64,000 nt of DNA from Leptospiraceae bacterium (GTDB lineage Bacteria > Spirochaetota > Leptospiria > Leptospirales > Leptonemataceae): positions 128,001-192,000 of the forward strand of contig JAVJNR010000003.1 in the NCBI GenBank assembly GCA_040217195.1, read 5' to 3'. Below are positions 9,112 through 18,665 of the stretch, in pieces. How positions within the stretch are numbered: position 1 is the first letter of the stretch; every line of letters begins with the position of its first letter. Made by a program: the position numbers and the translations under genes. A model generated the notes under the pieces. The model did not search any database and was not told the DNA's origin. It saw only the letters and a program-made list of their open reading frames with translations.

Positions 9112-10278
9112 ATGAAAAGTAAGCAGATCGGAAAGGAAAAGGCGGACTCATCTTTCGCCGAATTGCTGGAGGCCAGTATGGACGGCGGCCAGACCACACG
9201 TCCTGGAACCCCGGTACAGGCACGCATTGCCAGCATTCGCGATAAAGATTTTATTTTTGTAAACACTCAGCTGGGCGCAGGTGTAATTCCTAAAGCACAG
9301 CTGCTGGACCAGGACAACCTGGTAACGGTAAATCCCGGCGAGACCATTCAAGCCTACGTATTGTCCCGCGAAAACGGTGAATTACATCTTACCTTATTTC
9401 CCAGCGGTAAAGCGCAAAAGGCCATTCTGGAACATAGTCTACAGGAAAAACTACCTGTCCTGGGCACTATCCAGAGAAAGATCAAAGGTGGCTACGAAGT
9501 CATGATGGGCGAAGCATCTGCTTTCTGCCCCATGTCTCAGATGGACGGCGATCCTGCCCCTGGAAGCATCCTCTATTTTCTGGTAATAGAGCTTTCGGAC
9601 CGCAAGGTTGTGGTTTCCAACCGGTCCTTTCGCGAAATGGAGAGGGAACGTCAAAAAGAGATTCTTCAGCATGAGCTGGAAGAAGGAGCCATTGTTCAGG
9701 GCACTGTCACCAATCTACTGGACTTTGGTGCCTTTGTTGATATCGGAGGAATGGAAGGATTGATTCCTCTTTCCGAGCTTTCCTACAAGAGAATTCGTCA
9801 CCCATCGGAAGTTGTGAAATCCGGTCAGCCAATCCGAGTGAAAGTGCTGTCCATTGACTGGAAAGAAGATCGAATTACACTATCTTTGAAATCCCTGCTG
9901 GAAAACCCATGGCAGGGGCAAATGCCTTTCGCTCCAGGCGACATCGTAGAAGCCACGGTCGAGTCTATTAAGAACTTCGGAGTATTCGCTCGTTTACCAG
10001 ATGGCTTTAGCGGATTGATTCCAATGAGCGAAACTGGCCTTCCCAGAGGAATTGCTGCAGACAAGGAATTCCATCGGGGTGAGCAGCTACGTTTGATGAT
10101 TCTGGATGTAGACCGTCAGAGAGAAAAGATCAGTCTATCTCTACGCCGGGTTCAGGATGCGGATGCTCGCAAAGAATACGAGCAATATATGCAGGATAAT
10201 CAGCCCGAGGAAAAAGAAGAAGTATCCAGCTTTGGAAAAGCACTGCTTGCATCGCTGAATCAAAACGACAAATCCTGA
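9112..10278 (+). CDS. S1 RNA-binding domain protein (four S1 domains, RpsA-like paralogue)
   Basis: FGAFVDIGGMEGLIPLSEL, FGVFARLPDGFSGLIP, RISLSL-type motifs; 388 aa. Confidence 0.88.
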   Translation: MKSKQIGKEKADSSFAELLEASMDGGQTTRPGTPVQARIASIRDKDFIFVNTQLGAGVIPKAQLLDQDNLVTVNPGETIQAYVLSRENGELHLTLFPSGKAQKAILEHSLQEKLPVLGTIQRKIKGGYEVMMGEASAFCPMSQMDGDPAPGSILYFLVIELSDRKVVVSNRSFREMERERQKEILQHELEEGAIVQGTVTNLLDFGAFVDIGGMEGLIPLSELSYKRIRHPSEVVKSGQPIRVKVLSIDWKEDRITLSLKSLLENPWQGQMPFAPGDIVEATVESIKNFGVFARLPDGFSGLIPMSETGLPRGIAADKEFHRGEQLRLMILDVDRQREKISLSLRRVQDADARKEYEQYMQDNQPEEKEEVSSFGKALLASLNQNDKS

Positions 10279-10338
10279 TTCTTACTCGAACAGAAAAACA
10301 GTAACCTGGATGCAGCAGAAACCTGCTGCATCTAAACC

Positions 10339-10370
10339 AGAAGGCAGAGCATAAGAACTCTGCCTTTTTT
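10339..10370 (+). terminator. Rho-independent terminator after S1-domain gene
   Basis: AAGGCAGAG-cataagaa-CTCTGCCTT followed by a T run; preceded by a second hairpin GATGCAGCAG-aaac-CTGCTGCATC at 10309-10332. Confidence 0.75.
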
Positions 10371-10475
10371 GTATCAACCAGTACGGACGAGACGATATCC
10401 GCCTGCAGAAACTAGTGTAGAACGCTTTGGCCACAACAAGGCCAGGGAACTCAATCGATCCAGAATTCGCTTCCT

Positions 10476-10527
10476 CATACGATTCAGACATACGATTCAG
10501 ACATACGATTCAGACGTAGAATTCAGG
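10476..10527. repeat. 13-bp tandem repeat CATACGATTCAGA x3 plus one degenerate copy
   Basis: Exact copies at 10476, 10489 and 10502; degenerate CGTAGAATTCAGG at 10515. Confidence 0.9.
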
Positions 10528-10533
10528 AATATA

Positions 10534-11664
10534 TCATACCGGTTCAAAGAAATGAGTAAACAGCGTAGTGCCTGCCCCACCAATACTCTGCATCAATGCA
10601 GGCCCGATCTTATCTGGCGGTAGTTGATTCGCGCCTGCAGAGGCAGTGAGCTGAGCAAAGATTTCCGAGGCCTGATAGAGAGCCGTGGCGCCGATGGGAT
10701 GTCCCCTGGCCTTCAAACCTCCCATGCTTGCGATAGGTATTTTCCCTTCAGGAAAGATTTGCCCTTCCTCTGCCAGATGCACCCCTTTTCCCTTCTCAGC
10801 AAATCCACAGGCCTCCAGACAGAGACAGGCCATTATATTAAAAGCATCGTGTACTTCAAAGAATTTGAAGTCTTCGGTGCTTCTACCGCTGGCTTCGCAG
10901 GCTTTGCGAAAACTCCTTCTGGAAGCCAGAAAATCCAGAGGATCCAGTCTATCTTCCAGAACAAATCGATCGGTGGAGCAGGAGCTGGCAGTGAGTTTTA
11001 CGGCTCCTGACTTGTAATCCGAACGACTCATGATGATACAGGCTCCTCCATCGCATACCGGAGAGCAATCGAATAGCCGCAGAGGCTCTGCGATGATCCT
11101 GGACTGCAAAGCCTCCTGCTTATCAATTTCCTTCTGGAACAGGGCCAGTGGATTTCTGGACCCGTTTCGATGTGCATTGATAGCAAAGTTTACAAAGGAA
11201 GAATAGTCAATAGAATGGCTCTTCAGATACCAGGCCAGGGCCACTGCATTCTTGATTACCATCGTTTGATCGGCTTCTCGCACAGCATGAAGAGCCTTTC
11301 GCAAAACCGGATTGGCATCTCCGGCGGACATCCTTTCCACACCTACCACTGCCACAGAGCTAGCTTCGCCGCTTTTTAAGGCCAGAAACCCTGCTCGAAT
11401 AGCGGCGGCTCCGCTGGCAGAAACCGATGAAATATCCATGGCTTCTACGCCGGAAAGTCCGGCCCCATCGGCAATCAAAGATGCAAGATGATACTGACCT
11501 TCCAGTTCACCGCTCATCATACTGGAAGCATAGACTGCATCCACCGAATCCAGGCCGCTTGGCTCCAGAGCCTTCTTAACAAGAGAGGCGCCCGCTTCCC
11601 AGGACGCCTGCTCCATAGATTTTTGCACCGGCATTCTTGCTGCCGAAAGTACATGAACGGCCAT
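10534..11664 (-). CDS. SCP2/SCPx-type thiolase-fold protein (catalytic Cys replaced by Ser)
   Basis: NPLA.F, PLRLFDCSPVCDGG, EVHDAF, GGLKARGHPIGAT; the expected ACASG site reads SVSASG. Confidence 0.88.
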   Translation of the reverse strand: MAVHVLSAARMPVQKSMEQASWEAGASLVKKALEPSGLDSVDAVYASSMMSGELEGQYHLASLIADGAGLSGVEAMDISSVSASGAAAIRAGFLALKSGEASSVAVVGVERMSAGDANPVLRKALHAVREADQTMVIKNAVALAWYLKSHSIDYSSFVNFAINAHRNGSRNPLALFQKEIDKQEALQSRIIAEPLRLFDCSPVCDGGACIIMSRSDYKSGAVKLTASSCSTDRFVLEDRLDPLDFLASRRSFRKACEASGRSTEDFKFFEVHDAFNIMACLCLEACGFAEKGKGVHLAEEGQIFPEGKIPIASMGGLKARGHPIGATALYQASEIFAQLTASAGANQLPPDKIGPALMQSIGGAGTTLFTHFFEPV

Positions 11665-11688
11665 CCGACCAGACTGATTTAGAGCACC

Positions 11689-13293
11689 TTAGTTTCCATA
11701 GAAATTTCCAGAGATGCCTTCCGGAACTTCTACCTGGTATCCCAGTCGCAGGGTACGTTTCTCTCCGGGCTTCAAGGTCAATGCCCAGACCAGAATACCG
11801 CTACTTCCGGTGAGTTCCTTGTATCCACCACTGGTATCTTCAAGTATGCGAACTTTGACTTTCTCGGTTGCAGTTACCGGGATCCGCTCATACAGTTTGA
11901 TGCTCTGGCTTTTGCCGGTAGGATTCTCCAGTTCCAGCCTGACTTCGGTCTGGAAGATTCGATTGGAAGATATGAGACCTGCTTCTTTTTGACTTCGATA
12001 GATTTTGCGATTCAGCCTCACATCGCCGGTGACTCCCAGGCCAGCCATCAATTCTGAACCAGGAGGAGTGTATTCAATGTAGGTCATACCCATGTAACCG
12101 TCTGGACCATAGATATAGCCCTTTCCGGATAGCATGGAATACCTGGATTCATTCTTTAGCTGCAAAGCACGGTGAGGACTTGAAGATACCTGCCCTACAA
12201 CTCTAAGATGTTCATCCAGGACTTTCAATTCAAGCGCGGCCACAGTGATGCGCTGATATCGCTTTCCCGAGGGAATGCTAACTCGATCTGGAATACGAAA
12301 TCGAACCTGTCTTTCCTGTTGATCTCGAATCTCGGATTCGGAGGCTTCGCCTTCCGCTCCATCGAAATCCACCGCCTGATTCTGGGTGACAATTTCGGTG
12401 TTTGCGGCCACTTCCCTGGCGTGCACCCGTATTGCAGAAAGGGCCGGTCGATTGCCACCTCGATCCGGTCTGGAAGTAGATAGCTCCAATTCAACGTTTA
12501 CCCAGTCCTCACCGCTACTTTGCTGGATCAGTCCAACAACTTTGCCCGGTATGGTGGTGGATCCTTTCCTGTATTCTAGATTGTAGGATACATCCCATCC
12601 GGCATCTTCCACCATATAGTCAAAGCCGGTTTTTACCGTTGTAGCTTTCGGAACGTACAGTGTGAGTTCAACAATTCGAATTTCATCGGAAAGATCAGAA
12701 TCCAGCTGCTTGATTCTGGATTCCACTAACTCCAGTTCTTCTTTTAAGGTATCTCTCTTTCTGAGTATTCGCTGAATATCTAGCTGAATGTCATCGCTGC
12801 TTCTGGACACATGGGCCCTGGCCGACTGCCAGGCAGCCAGCTGAGCAGAGCTCTTCTCAAAGGCAGCATCCGATACGCCCTGCAGTAGGATTTTCAAGAA
12901 TCGGTCATTTAAATTCGCAAGAGCTTCCAGTTTATCTTTCTGTCGATTAATTGCATCCAGCTCGGTCTGCAATTCCTTCCGCCTCTTTTCCAGGCTGGCC
13001 AATCGTTCATCGATGGCCTGACTTGCCTTCTCCGTTCTGGTCCAGATGCTTTGAACTATACAATTACTCTCTGCACAGAATCCCACCAGGGTCTCTGACT
13101 TAAGCTTAACCGCTGGACCGCGATAAATGATCCGATTTTGACCGGCACTGAGAGGAACACTGGAAGCTCTTCGCACCAGGGCCCTATCATTGTAAAGAAC
13201 TACACTTTCGATGGGAAATGGTCTGGTTTCTGCCAGCAGATTGGAGCCTGCCAGATACAGACCAATCAGAAATAATGAATAGTACCGGTTCAT
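11689..13293 (-). CDS. DUF4140/DUF4139 (MuiA-family) exported protein
   Basis: Signal peptide; IESVVLYNDRALVRR, coiled coil, Y.V..AGW..SY, QSSGEDW.NV.L.LST, ERIPV...GIL.W.L.L.PGE. Confidence 0.88.
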   Translation of the reverse strand: MNRYYSLFLIGLYLAGSNLLAETRPFPIESVVLYNDRALVRRASSVPLSAGQNRIIYRGPAVKLKSETLVGFCAESNCIVQSIWTRTEKASQAIDERLASLEKRRKELQTELDAINRQKDKLEALANLNDRFLKILLQGVSDAAFEKSSAQLAAWQSARAHVSRSSDDIQLDIQRILRKRDTLKEELELVESRIKQLDSDLSDEIRIVELTLYVPKATTVKTGFDYMVEDAGWDVSYNLEYRKGSTTIPGKVVGLIQQSSGEDWVNVELELSTSRPDRGGNRPALSAIRVHAREVAANTEIVTQNQAVDFDGAEGEASESEIRDQQERQVRFRIPDRVSIPSGKRYQRITVAALELKVLDEHLRVVGQVSSSPHRALQLKNESRYSMLSGKGYIYGPDGYMGMTYIEYTPPGSELMAGLGVTGDVRLNRKIYRSQKEAGLISSNRIFQTEVRLELENPTGKSQSIKLYERIPVTATEKVKVRILEDTSGGYKELTGSSGILVWALTLKPGEKRTLRLGYQVEVPEGISGNFYGN

Positions 13294-15392
13294 CGTGAGC
13301 CTCCTTCATTGGCCATTACCGGCACTACATCTCTGTCATGAATTAGCTGGTATTCAATCTTTATCTTTTCCCGGACTCCAGGTCTGACCTTTAACTCAAA
13401 GCGAACAATTCCATTATCTTCGTTTTTCACAGGAGTTGGACTCAGTTTAACATTCTCTATATTGATTCGATCATCCGCTGCCCGTGGTACACTGCCATAT
13501 AGAACGACATCCACAGCATAGGATCTGCGATTATGGATGGTGTATTCCTGCTCGTAGCGCACAGCCCTGCGCCCGCCGAACAATCCTTCGGAGGATTCAT
13601 ACTGTCTGTCTTCTCGATTGATTTCAATATCCGGATCTTTTCCCAGGTTCAGATCGTATCTTTCGCCGGGGGCCACCATGGGATGGGTGGATGTGCCTCC
13701 AAAATCTTCGCCATAGTAAATATCCACGGGACCAGCCAGCAATGCCTGCTTATCCGAGTATTTGATATTGGCAGTCAGGTAGGCACCTGGACTCCGGTTC
13801 AAAGATACCTCATAGCTTAAAGAAGCATCGTATCTGTTTTCCGAAATAAAGACGGAGCGTAACACCCCGTCCGAACTAACCGAGACTTTTAAGGGAGCAT
13901 CCAGAGAGAAATCTCCAGGGACCTGTTTTCCAGGCGCGGTGAGTCTACTTTTCAGCTTCCTGGTTTGCTCCATTTCATAGGACCAGGCGCGGATTTCCTG
14001 AGCCTGCTTGATCTCCCTTTGAAATTTAGTTTTCTCGGAAGGAGATAGGCGACGGATGATGTCCAGAGTTCTGGAAGCGTGCTGCCTGGCATTGCTGAAA
14101 TCTCTTTTGTTGTAGTAGTTTTCCTGCTCATTTACCGATTCCCGGAAATCTTCCATTAAATCTCTAGCTTCCCGGGCCTTTTGATCCGCCAGTTCCTCTT
14201 TCACATCTGCCAGATTCTTATTGTAAAAGCCTCGAACATCGTTTACCGATTGTTCCATTCTTTGCTGCTGCTCCATGGCCTTTTTGGGCGCAGGTTTATA
14301 GGATGTGGAAGGCTCCGGAGAAGGAGAGTCCTTTCTCTTTTCACGATCTGAATACCCGGCCGGCGCCTCATCGTCCGAGGACTGCGCAACCATGCTGTCT
14401 GAAGCACCATTCTCATTGCGAGCCGTTCGCTCATATTCAGGCCGAATAACAGAAGCGATGGTCCAGCGACGAAGTTCAGGTAGTCGGCTGGGATTGGTAA
14501 GATCTGCAGTGGATAGAGTGAGACTGGCATTGTTCCAGTCCTCTCCGGACTCATTGTAAACGTAGACGGCTGAAGTTAGCTTAACTGCCGGACTGGAAGA
14601 ACGGGACTCTTCCAGCGTCAGCCTGTAATGTGGAAACCATCCGGCATCTTCCACACCATACTCAAGCGCCAGATCATAACTGCCTGCTTTAGGAGCTTCC
14701 AGATCCACAATTACAGTCTTTCTTCTGGTTTCTTTCTGACTCTTGTATCGGTCAGCCACTGTAAGTGCAATTTCCAGCCTTCGCCGGGCATTGTCTATAC
14801 GGCCCAGAAGCTCATTGATTTTTCCATTTATGGTTGTTAGCGATGAATCTACGAATCCAAAGATATGCTTCCATCGTTCAATTGAAATAATAGGTCGATC
14901 TTCTCCCGTAGGCTTCAGATCTATGGAAGAAAGAGCCTTTCTCTGCTCGATTTGAGCCAGATACAGTGCTGTAACCTCCCTTAACTCCTGTTCCGCTGCC
15001 TTTAGCTCCTTTTCTGCCTGCTCAGCTTCTCTGGTGCGAAATTCCTTCTCTACCACAGTTTCCACTCTTAGATCCAGAAGCCTCAGATCAGAGGAGCCTT
15101 TAAGTCTCAGTCGAGCCGTTTGATCCAGGAGCTTTTCGGGTAAATCTTCAAATGCCAGACGAACTCGGCCGGCTGGCAGATCCAGGGTAGTGGTACGAAG
15201 AAGCAAAGCCTGTCCATCGAATAGGTGGACTCTGGTGATACTGGAAGGGATGGATCGATAGTCTTTTTCTTCGGCCAGAAGACTAACGCTGTTAATAATC
15301 AAGGTAAAGGTAGTCAGGATCAGCGAAAACCGTTGGAGGGATTTCATAGATCTATAGACGAGCCTCCGGGTCGGAAGTTCATTAAGGTACAT
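13290..15392 (-). CDS. DUF4140/DUF4139 (MuiA-family) exported protein with central insertion
   Basis: ITRVHLFDGQALL.R, YGVEDAGWFPHY, NESGEDWNNA.LTLST, LLAGPV.IY; GGAGGGAG RBS; ATGA overlap with paralogue. Confidence 0.88.
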   Translation of the reverse strand: MYLNELPTRRLVYRSMKSLQRFSLILTTFTLIINSVSLLAEEKDYRSIPSSITRVHLFDGQALLLRTTTLDLPAGRVRLAFEDLPEKLLDQTARLRLKGSSDLRLLDLRVETVVEKEFRTREAEQAEKELKAAEQELREVTALYLAQIEQRKALSSIDLKPTGEDRPIISIERWKHIFGFVDSSLTTINGKINELLGRIDNARRRLEIALTVADRYKSQKETRRKTVIVDLEAPKAGSYDLALEYGVEDAGWFPHYRLTLEESRSSSPAVKLTSAVYVYNESGEDWNNASLTLSTADLTNPSRLPELRRWTIASVIRPEYERTARNENGASDSMVAQSSDDEAPAGYSDREKRKDSPSPEPSTSYKPAPKKAMEQQQRMEQSVNDVRGFYNKNLADVKEELADQKAREARDLMEDFRESVNEQENYYNKRDFSNARQHASRTLDIIRRLSPSEKTKFQREIKQAQEIRAWSYEMEQTRKLKSRLTAPGKQVPGDFSLDAPLKVSVSSDGVLRSVFISENRYDASLSYEVSLNRSPGAYLTANIKYSDKQALLAGPVDIYYGEDFGGTSTHPMVAPGERYDLNLGKDPDIEINREDRQYESSEGLFGGRRAVRYEQEYTIHNRRSYAVDVVLYGSVPRAADDRINIENVKLSPTPVKNEDNGIVRFELKVRPGVREKIKIEYQLIHDRDVVPVMANEGGSR

Positions 15393-15422
15393 AGGTTCTC
15401 CCTCCGGAAGCTGTTCCGGGCA

Positions 15423-16139
15423 TTACTGAATCGTATTCAGTGCTCTCTTTCGAGCATCATCGTAGCTCTTAAGAGTTCGCTGATTCATTTTCTTCACATC
15501 CTCGAACTTCTTTCGCATTTCATCGGACATGTTGGCATCTGCTTTATTTAGAACGTATTCAATTAGCTCCAGGCGGTCATTCAGAGCCTTTTGCTGGTAG
15601 TCGTAGTATTCGTTAACTTCCTCTGCGCTGGCATCTTTCTTAACGATTCTGGTCTGGATTTGATAGATCTCCTGGCGACGTTCCTCTTTTTGAGCCTTCA
15701 ATTCAGGAGTCATTCTTTGAGGAATAACCGTGTTTCCAGGAAACTTCTCTCGAAGCTTATCAAACTGAGACATCTGGCGGTCGGTGAAGGGCTGCCCGGT
15801 TTGAGGATTTACAGGATTTCCCTTGCTAACCGGATCCAGAATCTCTGGATCTCCGTATTCTCTTTGCCTGTCCTGGGGTCGATCTGGCAGGTTGTTGTCA
15901 CCTACTCCAGAATCCATGAAACCGGAGTCGAACAATGAATCGCCAGGCTCGGTGCCGCGACCCATGGGAGCGGACGATGGGCCGGAATCATCGGTATTCA
16001 CTCCAAACATGTTCAGCGCGGCCTGATCTGCATCGGACATCTGGGGTTTGGAGGAAGGAGCACTCCAGATTACGGATACCAGGATAAAAAATGCTACTAC
16101 GAGAAAGACGTTTCTAGCTTTAGTATTGGAATAGCCCAT
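15423..16139 (-). CDS. Membrane-anchored conserved hypothetical protein (resembles Leptospira LIC_20245 family, from memory)
   Basis: Start MGYSNTKARNVFLVV at 16139; N-terminal anchor, low-complexity linker, PVNPQTGQPFT...FPGN.VIP motif, helical C-terminus. Confidence 0.6.
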   Translation of the reverse strand: MGYSNTKARNVFLVVAFFILVSVIWSAPSSKPQMSDADQAALNMFGVNTDDSGPSSAPMGRGTEPGDSLFDSGFMDSGVGDNNLPDRPQDRQREYGDPEILDPVSKGNPVNPQTGQPFTDRQMSQFDKLREKFPGNTVIPQRMTPELKAQKEERRQEIYQIQTRIVKKDASAEEVNEYYDYQQKALNDRLELIEYVLNKADANMSDEMRKKFEDVKKMNQRTLKSYDDARKRALNTIQ

Positions 16140-16221
16140 ATATCTGAGACGATGCAGTTGAACAGGCGGTTTGGCAAGTTTTTTCGTTGTATGTTCAGGG
16201 GCATGGAACAGGCAGGTATAG

Positions 16222-16794
16222 ATGCAGCGCTTCGGCCCGATTACTTTGCTGACAGTTTTGCTGCTGTCCAGCCTGCCCGGTTGTGGAACCAACACAGACC
16301 GGCCTGTTTATTCCATCTTTTCCATACTTTCGGTGGCTGCTCCGGCCATTGTGGATGTAGCCCCGGTGGATATTTCCGAAGGACTGCTGGGTACTCCGGG
16401 CTTCAAGCTAAGATACGGCTTTGATGTGAAGTACTACGTAACCAATCAGGAACCTGAATTCATTGGTTACAATCTGTACATTACTACTACCAGCCTGTCC
16501 ACAGAAGCCATTCTATCAGGAATTGGAACCGATCCCTATTTACCGGCGGGTTATGAGCCATCTTTTTATCACAGTCCATCCGAGGCAGACACCTCATCTT
16601 CCGCTCTAATCACTCGTAGAATTTCAGCCGTAAAGGCTCCTCCGGGTGAAGTTCCATTTCAAGTCTGTGAGAAATACTTCTTCAGGCTTCAGGCTGTGCT
16701 ATTGACCGGGATTGAATCGGCCCCTGGACCGGAGATCTCCGGATGTGCATTCTACGATTCCACCCTCTGTCCCACAGATAGTTCCTGCAATTGA
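16222..16794 (+). CDS. Putative lipoprotein (Leptospiraceae-type hypothetical)
   Basis: Signal with LPGC lipobox; YYVTNQEPEFIGYNLYI motif; Cys-rich C-terminus; upstream of rsmI. Confidence 0.7.
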   Translation: MQRFGPITLLTVLLLSSLPGCGTNTDRPVYSIFSILSVAAPAIVDVAPVDISEGLLGTPGFKLRYGFDVKYYVTNQEPEFIGYNLYITTTSLSTEAILSGIGTDPYLPAGYEPSFYHSPSEADTSSSALITRRISAVKAPPGEVPFQVCEKYFFRLQAVLLTGIESAPGPEISGCAFYDSTLCPTDSSCN

Positions 16795-16797
16795 AGA

Positions 16798-17571
16798 ATG
16801 GAGCCTGAGTTTCAATGGACCGTTCCGCTAGGCCATCCCTGGGATGAAAGCCTTCCTCCAGGACCGACGCTCTATGTTGTGGCCACTCCCATTGGAAATC
16901 TGGAAGATATTACCATTCGTGCTTTGAGGGTATTGAACGGTGTGGATGTAATTCTAAGCGAGGATACTCGAAAAAGCCAGCGATTGCTGCAACGATATAA
17001 GATTCAAACGACTCAGAAATCCTTTCGGGTGCATCAAATCCGCGCCGATGTGGCCCATGCCCTGGAGCAGCTCAAGCAGGGAAAAACCCTGGCCTTGATT
17101 TCAGATGCGGGAACGCCAGGCATATCGGATCCTGGAAGCCATCTTGTACGCCAGGTAAGAGAGGACTTACCGGATTGCCCGATCATCCCCATTCCTGGCC
17201 CTTCAGCCCTGAGCGCTGCATTATCCATTTGTGGCTGGCAGACTAATCCCACCACATTTCTGGGATTCTTGCCGCGAAAACCAGGCAAAATGAGAAGTGC
17301 TCTGGAGTCAGGTTCCGCAGATGCCGTTCTGGTAATATATGAGTCGGTCCATCGAATCAAGAAAACCCTGGAGTTTCTGAGAGCGGAGTTGCCCCAAAGG
17401 CCTATACTTCTGGGACGCGAGATTACCAAGCTTCATGAACAATGGATTCAGTGGCTGCCAGAAAGGGAAATGCCCCAATTTACGGAAAAAGGTGAGTTTG
17501 TGATCCTTATGGGTCCTGCAAGATCAATAAAAAAAGAAGCAGAAGCTGCGGATTCTCAGGATGGTTGGTAG
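16798..17571 (+). CDS. rsmI: 16S rRNA (cytidine1402-2'-O)-methyltransferase
   Basis: LYVVATPIGNLEDITIRA, SEDTR, SDAGTPGISDPG, PIPGPSA, YESVHR, REITKLHE, KGEFV. Confidence 0.95.
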   Translation: MEPEFQWTVPLGHPWDESLPPGPTLYVVATPIGNLEDITIRALRVLNGVDVILSEDTRKSQRLLQRYKIQTTQKSFRVHQIRADVAHALEQLKQGKTLALISDAGTPGISDPGSHLVRQVREDLPDCPIIPIPGPSALSAALSICGWQTNPTTFLGFLPRKPGKMRSALESGSADAVLVIYESVHRIKKTLEFLRAELPQRPILLGREITKLHEQWIQWLPEREMPQFTEKGEFVILMGPARSIKKEAEAADSQDGW

Positions 17572-17687
17572 TCTAACAGATGGCTGAAAAAGACATAATC
17601 CGGGGCCAAAATCCCAAAATTCCCGGGTTTGACGGGGAAAATTGTAATTTTAAACTGGAAAAAAGGCTCCGGAAATAGAAAAATCGT

Positions 17688-17714
17688 TCAGAAAATCCCA
17701 CAAGGGGCCGATAT
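17688..17714 (+). promoter_or_regulatory. Sigma28 (FliA)-type promoter of flgM
   Basis: TCAG-N15-GCCGATAT, matching the TAAA-N15-GCCGATAA consensus with exact spacing, 20 nt upstream of the flgM ATG. Confidence 0.65.
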
Positions 17715-17734
17715 AAATCCCAGAGGTAACTGGA

Positions 17735-18028
17735 ATGGTAGTTGATAAAATTGGCGGCGTTGGCCCGGGCTACGGTCCAAAGAAATCGGAACCTCAGGTT
17801 CGCAACGAGGCTCCGGCCAAGTCCGGAGATAAAGTAACCATCTCCGAGGAAGCGTCTCGCGCTGCCAGTGTAGCGAGAATTCAAAAGCTGGCTCATACAG
17901 AGGAAACCTCCCGAAGCCAGAGACTGGATGAAATTCGGGAAAAACTGGCCCGCGGTGATTACAATGAAATTACCGATGAAGTGGCCCAGAGCATTGCAGA
18001 TCGCATTGCGGATTCCTTCCTGGGATAA
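17735..18028 (+). CDS. flgM: Flagellar anti-sigma28 factor FlgM
   Basis: 97 aa; DKVTISEEA, RSQRLDEIREKLARGDY, IADRI pattern; sigma28-like promoter upstream. Confidence 0.85.
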   Translation: MVVDKIGGVGPGYGPKKSEPQVRNEAPAKSGDKVTISEEASRAASVARIQKLAHTEETSRSQRLDEIREKLARGDYNEITDEVAQSIADRIADSFLG

Positions 18029-18064
18029 GCCCACCCTGATTCCTGCGGCTTGTTCCGCTACACA

Positions 18065-18097
18065 GGGGTCGCATTGGAGCGGCCCCTTTTTCGTTTT
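18065..18097 (+). terminator. Rho-independent terminator after flgM
   Basis: GGGGTCGC-attgga-GCGGCCCC followed by TTTTT. Confidence 0.7.
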
Positions 18098-18554
18098 ATG
18101 ACTCTTCGTCTGTGACCAACCAGAGGGTCCGCCCCTTTCTGGCATTGCCATCCCAGTAGAACAGTGCAGCCTGCCCCAGAGAGCCTGCAAGACTACTGAT
18201 ATAAGCCAATTGAAACTTTTGAGGACCGGTTTCCAGAGCCACTGCAAAAGAGGGCTCTTCATGGGTTCTTTCTTGATTCCGACCCAGAGCACGATAGAAA
18301 CTCAATTCCGCCTTCTGGAGAGCTGACTGAAGATATTGATTGGCTTTCTGGTTCTGAAGATCCGTAGGCCTGAGCCTTCCCGGATTATATCCTGTAATGA
18401 AGATCAGGTCTGAATCTGGCAGGGGACCGGAAAGCAAACCTTCCCTGGAAAGAACGGTGATATCCCCTGCAGGCCAGAATAGCTCGAATACTGCCTCACC
18501 ATACTCCGGGAACTTTTTTCGCTGAATCTTTTCGAATTCGGACCAATCCTTCAT
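18096..18554 (-). CDS. DUF3293-like protein
   Basis: FITGYNP, N..AN..L, G......EPSF, GQ.ALF.W motifs; start MKDWSEF at 18554. Confidence 0.75.
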   Translation of the reverse strand: MKDWSEFEKIQRKKFPEYGEAVFELFWPAGDITVLSREGLLSGPLPDSDLIFITGYNPGRLRPTDLQNQKANQYLQSALQKAELSFYRALGRNQERTHEEPSFAVALETGPQKFQLAYISSLAGSLGQAALFYWDGNARKGRTLWLVTDEES

Positions 18555-18665
18555 TATGTTAACTCCGGACTCCGGCGAGTGAAAATCTTCCGGAATGAAT
18601 ACCCGGGGAATTCCGCGGCTCCAGCAAGGAGGTCCCAAGGGAGCTCCTTGCTGGATATATCGTTT

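Noticed and set aside
10476..10527. Mini CRISPR array
   Set aside because: Repeats are 13 bp, directly adjacent with no spacers, and there are no cas genes.
17573..18292. 239-aa minus-strand ORF
   Set aside because: Antisense shadow of flgM, which has its own promoter and terminator, and it overlaps the DUF3293-like gene; no motif.
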